Part shown: positions 12,561 through 25,406 of the stretch, piece by piece | Numbering within the stretch: position 1 is the first letter of the stretch | Layout of the letters: each line of letters begins with the position of its first letter | NCBI RefSeq assembly: GCF_963921235.1 | Contig: NC_086108.1 | Location: 38,256,001 to 38,320,000, forward strand | Length of the DNA: 64,000 nt | Reading direction: 5' to 3' | Source: Mobula hypostoma | Lineage: Eukaryota | Notes under the pieces: model-generated | What the model was told of the DNA's origin: nothing | Seen by the model: only the letters and a program-made list of their open reading frames with translations | Databases searched by the model: none | Program-made: the position numbers and the translations under genes

Positions 12561-13169
12561 TTTCGCAGTACAGTGTTTTTTTATTTTATGAGGTCAAGGA
12601 TGAGGTCGAAGGGCAATAAAATGACACTAACTTCTGCCAATGAAAAGATGACACAAAATAGCCAGATAAGCCAGAGCCAACAAGATTGAAACACAACAGC
12701 TTGAACTGATGAGGAAAGAGAATAAGAATAAGGGGCGTAGTAATAAGAACTCTGTGGGTGCACGCAAACACACACACACACAGAGCCAGGGCAAGGAGAA
12801 GGGTCAATGGTTCAATTGTTTCACCAATGGTAGATCCTTTATTTCAGTGTTATAAATTGGAGAGAAGGTCTGAGTGAGTATGGTACAAAAGGAACAAAAG
12901 CATTCATGTTTTAAATTGCTGGCCCAGGGTCAAGGTAATTTACATTGATATCTGTGTATCAGTTTGTAGAGACAATAAAGTGCAAGATTTGATTTAATTA
13001 TGAGTTGTGTAATGAATTGCCTAACCCAGGTCATTTTGTGATAGATCAACAAGAGGCTGAACAGGTTAGGTCTGTATTCCTTGGTGTTTAGAAGAATAGT
13101 TAAAGTTAAAGTCTGTCCTGAGCCTTGAGGCCCGTCAGGCCGGTAAAGGGGGAGTTTATTCAAACATAC

Positions 13170-13390
13170 AAGATCCAAAGGGTGATGAAGAGCCTGAAGG
13201 CCCATACTCAATGATTCAGAAACAGCTTCTTCCCCGTCATAGGATTTCTGAACATTTCACAAACACTACCTCCTTACTTACTTTTATTTGACTATTTATT
13301 TTTGTAATTTTGTATTTCTGCTGAACTGCTGCCACAAAACAACAAATTTCATGTCATCTCATTTGGCGATAATAAAACTGATTCTGATTG
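13170..13390 (+). mobile_element. Rex1/Babar-like 3' end
   Basis: AGAGCCTGAAGGCCCATACTCAATGATTCAGAAACAGCTTCTTCCCC and terminal AATAAAACTGATTCTGATT. Confidence 0.7.
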
Positions 13391-13454
13391 TGAACAGCAG
13401 AGAGTTCTTGAGGGAACGGCATTACTTCTGTCAGAGATTCTAAAAACCAGCATA

Positions 13455-15170
13455 CTTTCAAACTCAAAGTAAATTTATTATCAAAATACACATATGGCTG
13501 CTTGAGATTTATTTTCTTGCAGGCATTTACAGGAAAATATAGAAATACAATAGAATTTATCAAACACTATTAGCAAAGACTGACTAAAGATGACAAATCA
13601 CGCAAATAATAAAAAGTAAATAAATAATACTGAGAAGATGAGTTGCAGAGCCTTTGAAAGGGGGTCTGTTTTGTTATGGAGTCAGTTCACTGTTGAGGTG
13701 ATGAAGTTATTCACGCTAGATCAAGAGCTTTTTGGCTGTAGGTAATTACTGTTCATAAAGCTGGTAGCATGGAACTTGATGCTCCTGTACCTCCTTCCCG
13801 ATGGTAGCAGCGAGAAGAGAGCATGTCCTAGATGGGGGGTGGGGGGGGGAGGTCCTTAATTATGGAAGAATGATGATTTCTTGTGGCAGACTCCTTGTAA
13901 ACATGCTCACTGATGTGACCGACTGTGATGCACTGGGTTGTAATGACCACTTTCTGAAGACTTTCTTGCTTTTGGGTATTGGTGTTTCCATACCAGGCCA
14001 AGATGCAACCAGTCTCCACTGTGCATCTGTACAAGTCTGTCAGTGTTTTAAATAACGTGCCAAATCTATGCAAACTTCTAAATAGAAGCACTGCCGTACC
14101 TTCTTTGTGACGCCACGAATCTGCGGGTCTCAGGACAGATCCCCTGATACGGTAACATCAAGGAATTTAAAGTTACTGACTTTCCACCTCTGATGCCCAA
14201 ACGTGGACTGGCTCATGGACCTCTCGTTTCACCTTCCTGTAATCAGATCTTTGGTTTTTCTGAGGTTGAGTGAGAAGTTGTTGTGGCATTGTTCAACCAG
14301 ATGCTCAATCCTCTCCTATCTGCTAATTCATCAGCGTGTATGACTTGGCCAACAAATTTGGTCATCAGCAAACTTAAATAGGGAATTGGAGTGGTTTGCA
14401 GCCACACAATCATAGGAATAAGGCAAGTAGAGCAGAGAGCTAAGCACAAGCCTTGTGATGCACGTGGCAGATGTGGATGATGATAGTGGAAGAGATGCTG
14501 TTATCAATCCGGACTGACTAGGGTTTGCAAGTGAGTAAATTGAGGATCCAGGTACACAGGAAGATAGAGGCCTAGGTTTTGGAGCTTATTGATTAGTTTC
14601 AAAGGGATGATAGTGTTCAATGCTGAGCTGTAATCAATGAAGAGCATTCTGATGTATGTATCTTCATTGTCCAGATGTTCCAGAAGTAAGTGATGAACCA
14701 ATGAAATAGCATCTATTGTGATGGTAGACAAATTGGAGTGAATCCAAGTTATTCCTAGGCAGGAGTTGATATGCTTCAAGGCCAACCTCCCAAAGCACTT
14801 CATCACAGTGGATGTAAGTGCTACTGGATGATAGTCATTGAGGCAGGTCACCAGATTATTCTTTGGCATTGGGATGATTGAGGTCTGCTTGAGTAGGTGC
14901 ATCAGACTGCCAAAGTGAGAGGTTGAGGAAGTTAGCAAACCTACCAGCCAGTCGATTAGCACGGGTCTTCAGTACTCGGTCAGGTACATCACCTGAGCTA
15001 GATGCTTTCCATGGCTTCACCCTCCTGAAGGATGCTTTGACGTTGACCTCAGAATCTGAAATCATGGGTCATCAGTGGCTGTGAGGGGGGCAGGGTTACA
15101 ACGGTGCCTCCATGTGTTGTTAGTCAAAGAGAGCATTAAAGGAGGCCTCTCGGGTTTTCTTTGGTGTCTT
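13455..15170 (-). mobile_element. Rex1/Babar LINE, decayed RT and 3' end
   Basis: ORFs 14504..14962 (CLNDYHPVALTS, IRMLFIDYSSALNTI), 14856..15065, 13828..14091. Confidence 0.85.
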
Positions 15171-15504
15171 GGATCACTAATCCCTTCAACTGTAGACTTG
15201 TATAATATAAAGCAAATCATAAAATTGAAGCTTTCAGTGGAATTGGAAATAAAATTAGAATCTTAGAGTGCCTGAATTTAAAGATATGCCATTACTGTTC
15301 AACTATTGGCATTAATATGACTATTTCCCATAATTTATAAATAGGCACTGAGTGATCTGGTGGTCTATTGGTTACATTAGCAGCCACATAAAACTGAAAT
15401 TATTAAAGTCTCTCTACAGTCTCACAGGGGTGGTCAGCTGGAATACGAGTCACATTTAAAACACTTGATCAATGCCACCAAGCTGGCTTTGCTAGAGTAC
15501 CTCT

Positions 15505-16135
15505 AGTTTAGATTATGAGAACACTCAGTCCTCTTTTATTGTCATTTAGAAATGCATACATACATTAAGAAATGATAAAATGTTTCTCCGGAGGATATCA
15601 CAGAAAACAGGACAAACCAAAGACTAACACTGACAGAACCACATAACTATAACATATAGTTACAGCAGTGCAAAGCAATACCATAATTTGATGAAGAACA
15701 AACCATGGGCACGGTTAAAAAAGTCTCGAAGTCCCCGAGTCGATTGACTCCCGAGTCCCTGATAGTGGCAGCAAAAGGGAAAAACTCCGTGCCATAAACC
15801 TCCAGGCACCGTCAACTTGCCGATGTCTTGGAAGCAGCCGACACTGAGTATGTCCGTCCGAAAACTTCGAGCCTCCAACCAGCCCCTCCGATACAGCCTC
15901 CCAAGTGCCATCCCCTGCCGAGCGCCTTCGACCTAGCCCCGGCCGCTGAAACAAGCAAAGCCGAGGATTCGGGGCCTTCTGCTTCGGAGATTCCAGTTAC
16001 CACACAGTAGCAGCGGTAGCGAAGCGGGCATTTCAGAAGTTTTCTAGATGTTCCTCCGTGCTCTCACATCCGACTCCATCAAATCAGCATTGTGCACGGT
16101 CCCCTACTTGACAGATTACAGATATCACTCACCAT
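15505..16135 (-). mobile_element. Non-autonomous retroposon (~630 bp), homolog of 60915-61556
   Basis: Colinear similarity to 60915-61500 (AGATTATGAG.ACAC.CAGTCCTCTTTTATTGTCATTTAG ... GCGAAGCGGGCATTTCAGAAGTTT); no credible ORF. Confidence 0.8.
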
Positions 16136-16479
16136 AGTTTGCTATGAAATGGTCACTGAGCATAACGTAACTGGCAATTCAGAGTTACAGTAGTGAATAA
16201 TTGCTGTAATAGAAACTGTAGATATCTTTTTTTCTTTTCAAATTATTTGTCACACAAGAAAATAAGAGCAGGAATAGGCCACCATATCTCTCAAGCCTGT
16301 ACTATAAGCAGTATGATTATGGCTGATTAACGCTGGCCTCAACTCTTCTTCGGTGTCCATTCTCCATAACCCTCAAATCCCTGATCTTTCAAATATTTAT
16401 CTACATCTTCAATAGATCAATATGTCACAACCCTTGGGGCTGAGAATTCAGTTTTCTCAGAGTAAAGATTACGCAGCCG

Positions 16480-16870
16480 CAGATTCATTGATTCATTCAC
16501 ACATATACATCAAAACATACTGTGAAATGTTTCATTTGCGTTAACAATCAACATAACCTAAGGATGTGCTGGGGGTAGACTGCAAGTGTTGGCACATATT
16601 CCAGTACCAAACAGAATACCCACAATGTTTGGCTGAACAACGAAGTTCAAAGTTCAAAGTAAATATATTATCAAAGTACATAAAATTCACCATATACAAC
16701 CCTAAGATACACTTGCTTCTGGGCATACTCAATAAATCCATAACAGAATAATAACAGTAACAGAATCAATGAAAGACCACACCAACTCGGGCATTCAACT
16801 GGTGTGCAAAAGACAACAAACTGTGCAAACACAAAAAGAAAGAAAGAATAATAGCAAATAAATAAACATT
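16480..16870 (-). mobile_element. Two short LINE/SINE 3'-end fragments (Rex-type tails)
   Basis: (GATTCATT)n and (AAGTTC)n tails followed by AAATATATTATCAAAGTACAT, which recurs at 13460, 33975, 43675 and 50610. Confidence 0.55.
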
Positions 16871-17190
16871 TATTTCTTCAGCAGTTTGAACGGGACACAA
16901 CTGCGCAAGCGCATGGACGTCAGCCGGTGAGAACAATGAGAAGAGTTTAAAAGCGAGAAGAGTTCAAAAGGTGACGGTTACTTCTTCAGCGGTTTGAACG
17001 GGGCATGACTGCGCAAGCACATGGACGCTAGCCAGTGAGAGCAGCGAGAAGAGTTTAAAAAGGAGACAGCCTTATAGAGTGGGTGAAAGAAAAGCAGGCG
17101 TCAGAGTAGAGGGAGACAGAGTAGGAAGGCTTTGGCTCAACGGGGCTACGGCGATAAAGGGTCAAAGCGAGGTAGATTACAGACAGGAAG

Positions 17191-18150
17191 AATGTGTGTG
17201 AGGCCGGTTTTCTGTGCTCGGTGTCAGATGTGGGAGGTCCTGGAGACTCCCAGCCTCCCAGACAGCCACATCTGCACCAGGTGAGTCGAGCTGCAGCTCC
17301 TTAGGGGCCGCGTTAGGAAACTGGAGATGCAGCTCGATGACCTTTGTCTGGTCAGGGAGAGCGAGGAGGTGATAGAGAGGAGCTATAGGCAGGTAGTCAC
17401 TCCAGGGCCTGGGGAGACAGATAAGTGGGTAATAGTCAGGAGAGGGAAGGGCAAGAGGCAGATGCTAGAGAGTACCCCAGTGGCTGTCTCCCTTAACAAT
17501 AAGTACTCATGTTTGAGTACTGTTGGGGGAGACAGCCTACCTGCGGGAAGCAACAGTGGGCCTGCCTCTTGCTCAGAAGGGTAGGGGAAGGAAGAGGATG
17601 GCAACAGTGATAGAAGACTCTATATTAGGGGGTCAGACAGGCGGTTCTGTGGATGCAGGAAAGAAACGCGGATGGTAGTTTGCCTCCCAGTTGCCAGTGT
17701 CCGGAATGTTTCTGATCGCGTCCATGATATTTTGAAGTGGGAAGAAGAACAGCCAGAGGTCGTGGTACATATTGGTACCAACAACATAGGTAGGAAAAGG
17801 GAGGAGGTCCTGAAAACAGTCTATAGAGAGTTAGGAGGGAAGTTGAGAAGCAGGACCTCAAAAGTAGTAATCTCGGGATTACTGCCTGTGCCACGTGACA
17901 GTGAGTATAGGAATAGAATGAGGAGGAGGATAAATAGATGGCTGAGGGATTGGAGCAAGGGGCAGGGATTCAGATTTCTGAATCATTGCAATCTCTTTTG
18001 AGGCAGGTGTGGCCTGCACAAAAAGGACAGGTTGCACTTGAATCCCAATATCCTGGCTATTGGGGAGAGTTTAAATTAGAATTGCTGGGGGGTGGGAACC
18101 GAACTGAAGAGACGGGGGAAGGGGAGGTTGGCTCACAAACAGAAAAAGCT
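17191..18150 (+). pseudogene. CR1 ORF1 (Zn-finger/leucine zipper + SGNH esterase), disrupted
   Basis: ORFs 17327..17584 and 17672..18001 plus the upstream Cys motif; stops and frameshifts. Confidence 0.85.
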
Positions 18151-18180
18151 TAGAGACAGTGCAAAAGGGAGGATAGGCAG

Positions 18181-20421
18181 GTGATAGAGAAGGTACGAGC
18201 TCAGACCGATGGTTTGAGATGTGTCTCTTTTAATGTGAGGAGTATTATGAACAAAGCAGATGAGCTTAGAGTATGGATCAGCACTTGGAGCTATGATGTT
18301 GTGGCCATTACAGAGACTTGGATGGTGCAGGGGCAGGAATGGCTACTTCAAGTGCCAGGCTTTAGATGTTTCAGAAAGGACGGGGGGGAGGCAAAAGAGA
18401 TGGGGGCATGGCACTGTTGATCAGGGATAGTGTCATGGCTGCAGAAAAGGAAGAAGTCATGGAGGGGTTGTCTACAGAGTTTCTGTGGGTGGAAGTTAGG
18501 AATAGGAAGGCGTCAATAACTCTACTGGGTGTTTTTTTATAGACCACCCAATAGTAACAGGGACATTGAGAAGCAATTAGGGAGACAGATCCTGCAAAGG
18601 TGTAATAATAACAGGGCTGTTGTGGTGGGAGATTTTAATTTCCCAAATATTGATTGGCATCTCCCGAAACCAAGGGGTTTAGATGGGGTGGAGTTTGTTA
18701 GGTGTGTTCAGGAAGATTTCTTGACATGATATGTAGATAAGCCTACATGAGGAGAGGCTGTACTTGATCTGGTATTGGGAAGTGAACCTGGTCAGGTGTC
18801 AGATCTCTCAGTGGGAGAGCATTTTGGAGATACTGCTCACTATTCTATCTCCTTTACCATAGCATTGGAGAGGGATAGGAACAGACAAGTTAGGGAAACA
18901 TTTAATTGGAGAAAGGGGAAATATAAAACTATCAGGCAGGAACTTAGAAGCATAAATTGGTAACAGATGTTCTCAGAGAAACGTATGGAAGAAATGTGGC
19001 AAAAGTTCAGGGGATATTTGCGTGGGGTTCTGCATAGGTACGTTCCAGTGAGACAGGGGAAGGATGGTAGGGTACAGGAACTGTGGTGTACAAAGGCTGC
19101 TGTAAATCTAGTCAAGAAGAAAAGAAGAGCTTATGAAAGGTTCAAAAAACTGGATAATGATACAGATCTGGAAGATTATAAGGCTAGCAGGAAGGAACTT
19201 AAGAATGAAGTTAGGAGAGCCAGAAGGGGCCATGAGAAGGCCTTGGCAGACAGGATTAAGGAAAACCCCAAGGTATTCTACAAGTATGTGAAGAGCAAGA
19301 GGATAAGACATGAGAGAATAGGACCGATCAAGTGTGACAGCGGAAAAATGTGTATGGAACCGGAGGAGACAGCAGAGGTACTTAATGAATAGTTTGGCTC
19401 AGTATTCACTACGGAAAAGGATCTTGGTGATCGTAGGGATGACTTGCAACGGACTGAAAAGCTTCAACATGTAGATATTAAGGAAGAGGATGTGCTGGAG
19501 CTTTTGGAAAGCATCACGTTGGATAAGTCACCGGGACCAGACGGGATGTACCCCAGGCTACTGTAGGAAGCGAGAAAGGAGATTGCTGAGCCTCTGACGA
19601 TGATCTTTGCATCATCAATGAGGACAGGAGATGTTCTGGAGGATTGGAGGGTTGCGGATGTTGTTCCCTTATTCGAGAAAGGCAGTGGAGATAGCCCAGG
19701 AAATTATATTACCTCAGTGGTTGGTAAGTTGATGGAGAAGATCCTAAAAGGCAGGATTTATGAACATTTGGAGAGGTATAATGCGATTAGGAATAGTCAG
19801 CATGGCTTTGTCAAAGGCAGGTCGTGCCTAATGAGCCTCATTGAATTTTTTGAGGATGTGACTAAACACATTGATGAAGGTAGAGCCTTCCATGTAGTGT
19901 ATATGGATTTCAGCAAGGCATTTGATAAGGAACCCCATGCAAGGCTTATTGAGAAAGTAAGGAGGCATGGGATCCAAGGGAACATTGCTTTGTGGATTCA
20001 GAACTGGCTTGACCACAGAAGGCAAAGCGTGGTTGTAGATGGGTCATATTTTGCGTGGAAGTCGGTCACCAGTGGTGTCCCTCAGGGATCTGTTCTGGGA
20101 CCCCTACCCTTCGTGATTTTTATAAATGACCTGGATGAGGAAGTGGAGGGATGGGTGTGTAAATTTGATGACGACACAAAGGTTGGGGGTGTTGTGGATA
20201 GTGTGGAGGGCTGTCAGGGGTTACAGCAGGATATTGATAAGATGTAAAACTGGGCTGAAAAGTGGCAGATGGAGTTCAACCCAGATAAGTATGAAGTGGT
20301 TCATTTCGGTAGGTCAGATATGATGGCAGAATATAGTATTAATGGCAAGACTCCTGCTAGTGTGGGGGATCAGAGGGATCTTGGGATCCGAGTCCATAGG
20401 ACACTCAAAGCTGCTACACAG
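18181..20421 (+). pseudogene. CR1 ORF2 (APE endonuclease + reverse transcriptase), disrupted
   Basis: Collinear ORFs 18181..18420, 18529..18729, 18775..18963, 18967..19392, 19600..20247, 20269..20451. Confidence 0.9.
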
Positions 20422-20846
20422 GTCACAACCACGGATTCGGCAGCGCAGTAGATACGGCAATTGCGCTTGTGAATTTTCATGTGTCAGCTAGTTATTATTT
20501 AATTGTGATAGCATTTAACTCCAAACTTGTCGTCGTAGTGCTTGTCGAGACTTGGACAGAGCATAGCAATGCTTCGCTGCTGTTTTGCATTCAGCCTTCT
20601 CTGAGATATTGGACTTTCAAGTCAACTGACTCTGAAGACGAGCGGGACTCATTTAATGTTTAGATGTTCTTTTCAGCTGCAGTATAGGCTTCGTTTTCCT
20701 TTTGAGAGTTTTAGTTAAAGGCCCTGCTTGGCCTAGCGCTTATGGTTTATTTTCCCTTTAACACTGTTTGTATTAAAATCTGTGGACTATTGACCTGCTT
20801 CAGTGTCCCTCACTCCGCACTTGGGCCATACCCAAACTTGGTAACA
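20422..20846 (+). mobile_element. Probable solo LTR
   Basis: Abruptly interrupts CR1; begins (G)GTCAC and ends GTAACA; ATTAAA ~70 bp before the end; no TSD visible. Confidence 0.5.
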
Positions 20847-21002
20847 TTGGGACTTCCGGTAGCGCTCATGGAGTGAAGTCGCGTTCTTGACTCGCTCCAT
20901 TACCTCTGAGTTTTTCTTCTTATGATCAGCTATATTTTAATTAACCATTAAGGCATCAACTTTTACAATACTTTGAAACAAATTGGGCTCTTCAATAATT
21001 GG

Positions 21003-21830
21003 ATGCGTTTAAGGTCTGCTATGTCTAAGAATGGAAAAAACGGGAAGGACGGCAAACCTCCCGTTAGACCGAAAGGTACCAATTTCCCTCCGACTGAACC
21101 ACCGGTGACTTTGAAAGCTATATCGGAGCTAATTCGTGAGGAAATTTCAACTAGTTTCCAGAAAATTGCCGATTCAATCGAGAAGATACAAATATCTATT
21201 ACGGAACATCGGTCGGCTATATCTGATCTTCAAAAATCCACGCAACAAAGTGAGCTCAAGATGGAGAAAATCGAAGAAACAATTAATGTAATGAAGAAGA
21301 AACTCGACTTTCTGACCTTTAAAAACTCTGACTTAGAATCCAGAATGTGACGGCAGAATCTTCGAATGATTGGGGTGCGTGAAGCTGTTGAATCCGATAA
21401 CCCTATGAAGTATTTTTCTCAACTTTTAAAAGATGTATTTCCTACTGTATTTCCTGACCAACCACCATTATTGGATCGTGTTCACAGAGTTCCATCATAC
21501 TCGCCTAGGTCAGATAAACCTAGACATGTCGTTTTACGTTTTCATTACTTTCAAGACAAGGAGAAACTGTTTCGTTTCGTTCGATCTAAAGGTTACATTG
21601 ATTTTCTGGATCTTAAGTTCCGATTCGTGGAGGATTTCAGTAAACCAATCCGGGATCAACGGGTTCGTTACAGATCTGTGATGTCGGAACTCTACAAGAT
21701 GGATTTAAAACCAGCGCTGCTTTACCCTGCACGTTTAAGGATTCGTACGTTGGATGGAGCCCTCCGTTTTTTTGAATCTCCATCGGATGCCCAGAGTTAT
21801 CTGGATCAATTTTCACCTTCAACATCTTAA
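21003..21830 (+). pseudogene. L1 ORF1p (coiled coil + RRM + CTD), one premature stop
   Basis: DLESRM*RQNLRMIGVRE, LDRVHRV, KPRHVVLRF, LLYPARLRI; in-frame TGA at 21348-21350 separates ORFs 20973..21350 and 21366..21830. Confidence 0.9.
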
Positions 21831-22546
21831 TCGTAATTTTTTAACTATCTCCGTTGATCGGAGGTTGTGAATTTGTCGGTCTTAATTTTTTTTTTGCCCT
21901 ATATGGGCAGAAAAGTTTAATTTTGATTATTTAATATGGTTGCTAAGCTTTCTTTTTAACTGCGTCATTTCTTTCTTTTTCCCAGGGGATTCTGGGTGGT
22001 TATTTCCTCACCGTCATTTTACGTATTTCCTTTGTGGCCTTAAATTTTGTAGTTTTTTTAAATCTATTTTGTTTTGTAGGTTTTTATAACTAGTTTATGT
22101 TAATAATCTCATTTTTATTTGTTTGTTTTGTTTACTCATGGGTCTGGGGTTTATTGCGTTTTTTTATATTTTCTGGCTTTTATTCTGTTATATTATGTGT
22201 TTATTTTAATTGAGTTATCTTTTTTTTATTCTTTTACTGTTTTATAATCAGCTGATCTTTTTTATATTTACACTTTTTTTAGGGAGCGTATACTGGAAGT
22301 CACGGGGGTAGTTTTAGTGCTTGCTTCTTTTGGGCTGGTCTGCGTTAGATTTAGCCTTGGGGTCATGGGGTGGGGGGTGGTGGGAGGGGCTTCACGTTTT
22401 AGTTTCCTTCTTCTTGGGCTATGTACAGTATTGAAGTATTGGTTGCGTTCTTCTTCCCGGAATCTCTTGTATGTTCTGTTCCCTTTCCGGGTTCGTGGGT
22501 CGAGCCTATCGTCAATCCTCCTTGTTGCAGGTTGACTTTAGGGTTT

Positions 22547-24915
22547 ATGGAGTCTATTATCAATTTTGTCTCCTGGAATACTAATTGTCTTAATCATCCT
22601 ATTAAAAGGAAAAAATCTTTTAAAATGTTCCGGAGACTTAAAGCACAAATTTTATTTTTACAAGAGACCCATGTGCGGAGGGGGGACAGACTACGTTTTT
22701 TTAAATTCTGGAAGGAACAACAGTTTCATTCGAACTCCAATGCTAAGATTCGAGGCGTCTCTATTTTTATAGACTCCTCAGTTACTTTTATACAACAGGA
22801 TATTATTTCTGATCCGAATGGTAGATTTCTATTGGTTAGTGGTCTACTATTTAATAAAAAGGTAGTTTTGGTTAATGTCTATGCTCCTAATATGGACTGT
22901 CCGGAATTTTATAAATCATTATTTAATCAGTTCCCGAATTTGAATGAGTTTTCATTGATCTGGGGCGGAGATCTTAATACCTGTTTGTCTCCAGCTTTGG
23001 ACCGTTCGGCTCCTCTACGGACCTTACCTAATAAATCTGCAACTTTGATTAATTCATTCCTTTCTGATTCTGGGTTGACGGAGATTTGGCGTTTTTTGCA
23101 TCCTCAGGAAAAAGATTTTTCTTTTTTTTCACATGTTCACCATTCCTATTCGAGAATTGATTATTTCTTTATTGATTCTCGTCTTATTTCTTCAGTGTTT
23201 AAATGTGATTATGACTCTATAACCATTTCGGATCATGCTCCACTTAAGCTTTCTATTAAAATTCTAGCCAATATACAAAATAATAGACAATGGCGTTTTA
23301 ATTCACTGTTGCTTCAGGACTCGGACTTTGTTAACTTTATGAATGAACAGATTGATCTTTTTTTTACAATTAACTATACAGAGGATATTTCTGTGAACAT
23401 TCTTTGGGATACTTTTAAAGCTTATATTCGTGGTCAGATTATCTCGTATTCTGCTGCTTTGAGGAAGAAGCTGAAGCAGGAGAAGTTGGTAATTGTGGAC
23501 AAGATTAAGGAAATTGATAAGAAATATGTTATAGCTCCTTCTGAGGAGTTATATAAACAAAGAACTGAACTTCAAATGGAACACAGTTTATTACTTTCGT
23601 CCTCGATTGTAAACCAATTAAAGAAAACAAGAAGTGAATTTTATGTACACAGTGACAAAATTGGCAAACTGTTGGCTAATCAACTGAAGTCTAATTATGC
23701 TAAATCTCAAATTAATCAGATTTATAACCAAAATGACCGACTGATACTTGATCATGTGGGGATTAATCAAACCTTCTGTGATTTTTATTCTTCCTTATAT
23801 CAATCAGAGTCTCCTCGAGATTCTAAATATATGAATGATTTTTTAGATAATCTAGACTTCCCTGAGATTTCACAGGATATGTCTTCTATGTTAGATACTC
23901 CCATTACCACGGATGAGATTAAGAATATTATTTTCTCTATGAATTTGGGGAAAGCTCCTGGCCCTGATGGGTTTACCATAGAATTTTATAAATGTTTCGC
24001 TCCTTCTTTAATCCCTTGGTTCTGTAGGGTTTTTGAGGCTTCATTAAAACTTGGTAAACTTCCTGAATCTTTCAATAGAGCGTCAATTTCTCTAATATTA
24101 AAGAAGGATAAAGATCCTGCTCAATGTGCATCTTATAGACCAATGTCTTTATTAAATGTTGATTCTAAAGTTTTTTCTAAGTTATTAGCAAATAGATTAG
24201 AAAAAGTACTTCCTTCTATTATTTCGGAAGACCAAATGGGTTTTATTAAAGGTCATTACTCTTTTTATAATATTCGCACACTGTTAAATATTGTTTATAC
24301 TCCCTCACAAAATGGTTCTGAGTGTGTTATCTCTTTAGATGCTGAGAAAGCTTTTGATAGAGTAGAATGGCCTTATTTATTTAAGGTGCTTGAAATGTTT
24401 AATTTTAGCTCGAAACTTATATCCTGGATTAAACTGTTATATCATTCTCCTGTGGCCTCGGTCCGTACTAACTCTTTAAGTTCACTTTTTTTCCCTCTTT
24501 TTCGAGGTACTCGACAAGGTTGTCCTCTTAGTCCTTTATTATTTGATATTGCATTAGAACCTCTTGCAATTGCCATTCAAGAATCTCCAAATATTACTGG
24601 GATAACTCGGGGCTTAAAGTCCCATAAAATATCACTCTATGCTGATGACTTACTTTTATATATTTCTAATCCCCAAAAATCCATCCCAGCTGTCTTAGAG
24701 CTATTAGCACAATTTGGACTTTTTTCAGGTTATAAATTAAATCTTAGTAAGAGTGAACTTTTCCCGATTAATAAACAACTTCCCTTATATCATAACTTTC
24801 CATTTAAATTGATTAATAATTATTTTTCATATCTTGGGATTAAAATTACTTGTAAATACAAAGATTTATTTAAGATTAACTTTTTACCATTAATAGACCA
24901 TATTATTCAACTTTC
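22547..24915 (+). pseudogene. L1 ORF2p 5' part (APE + RT), open up to the nested insertion
   Basis: MESIINFVSWN, LQETH, VNVYAPN, GGDLN, SRIDYF, SDH, KAPGPDG, YRPMSLLN, LDAEKAFDRV, RQGCPLSP, YADD. Confidence 0.95.
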
Positions 24916-25406
24916 TTTTTTTTACCTTTTCCATTTTTTTATATGTATAAAACTACAATTATTTATACATTCTTAAGTACACATTGAGATGATATAGAAG
25001 CAAAATAAACATTTAAATAGATAATTATGTACTGTGGTAAATCTAACCTATTAGGCTAAGTAATGAAATTAGTTGTTAAGAAAAATGGTAATAATAGTTT
25101 CCATACAACCCTTCTGGACCATTTCCACTGGTCCAAAATGTTGCATACAAGCCTATATACCAACCATTGTAGGTGTTTATATCCCAATTTGTTCGTGCTT
25201 GTTCCTGCCCGCAGACATAATTATCCAATCCCTTTGTACTTATTTACTTAATTTTTTCATTTTTTTTATCCCTTTCCCAAATCTTTCCCTTTACTTGTAT
25301 TAATTCTCTATTTTCCAAAAAAAAACAACAAACATTTAGACTAGGGGTGCTTACGTTAGCAATATTACTGTGTTGATGAGAAGAGCAATATAAATCATTA
25401 GGAGAG

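Larger units (their letters stand above)
16871..20421 (+). mobile_element. CR1 LINE with 5' UTR, ORF1 and ORF2; 3'-truncated
   Basis: ORF1 remnants: Cys motif CARCQMWE...HICTR, coiled coil, SGNH esterase (VVVHIGTNNIG, SGLLP, DRLHLN). ORF2: APE (SFNVRSIMNK, VAITETW, VVGDFNFP) and RT (QGSVLGP, KFDDDTK). Confidence 0.93.

Noticed and set aside
22421..24976. 851-aa ORF as an intact host gene
   Set aside because: It is L1 ORF2 truncated by the nested L1; the last ~20 residues read into the inserted element.
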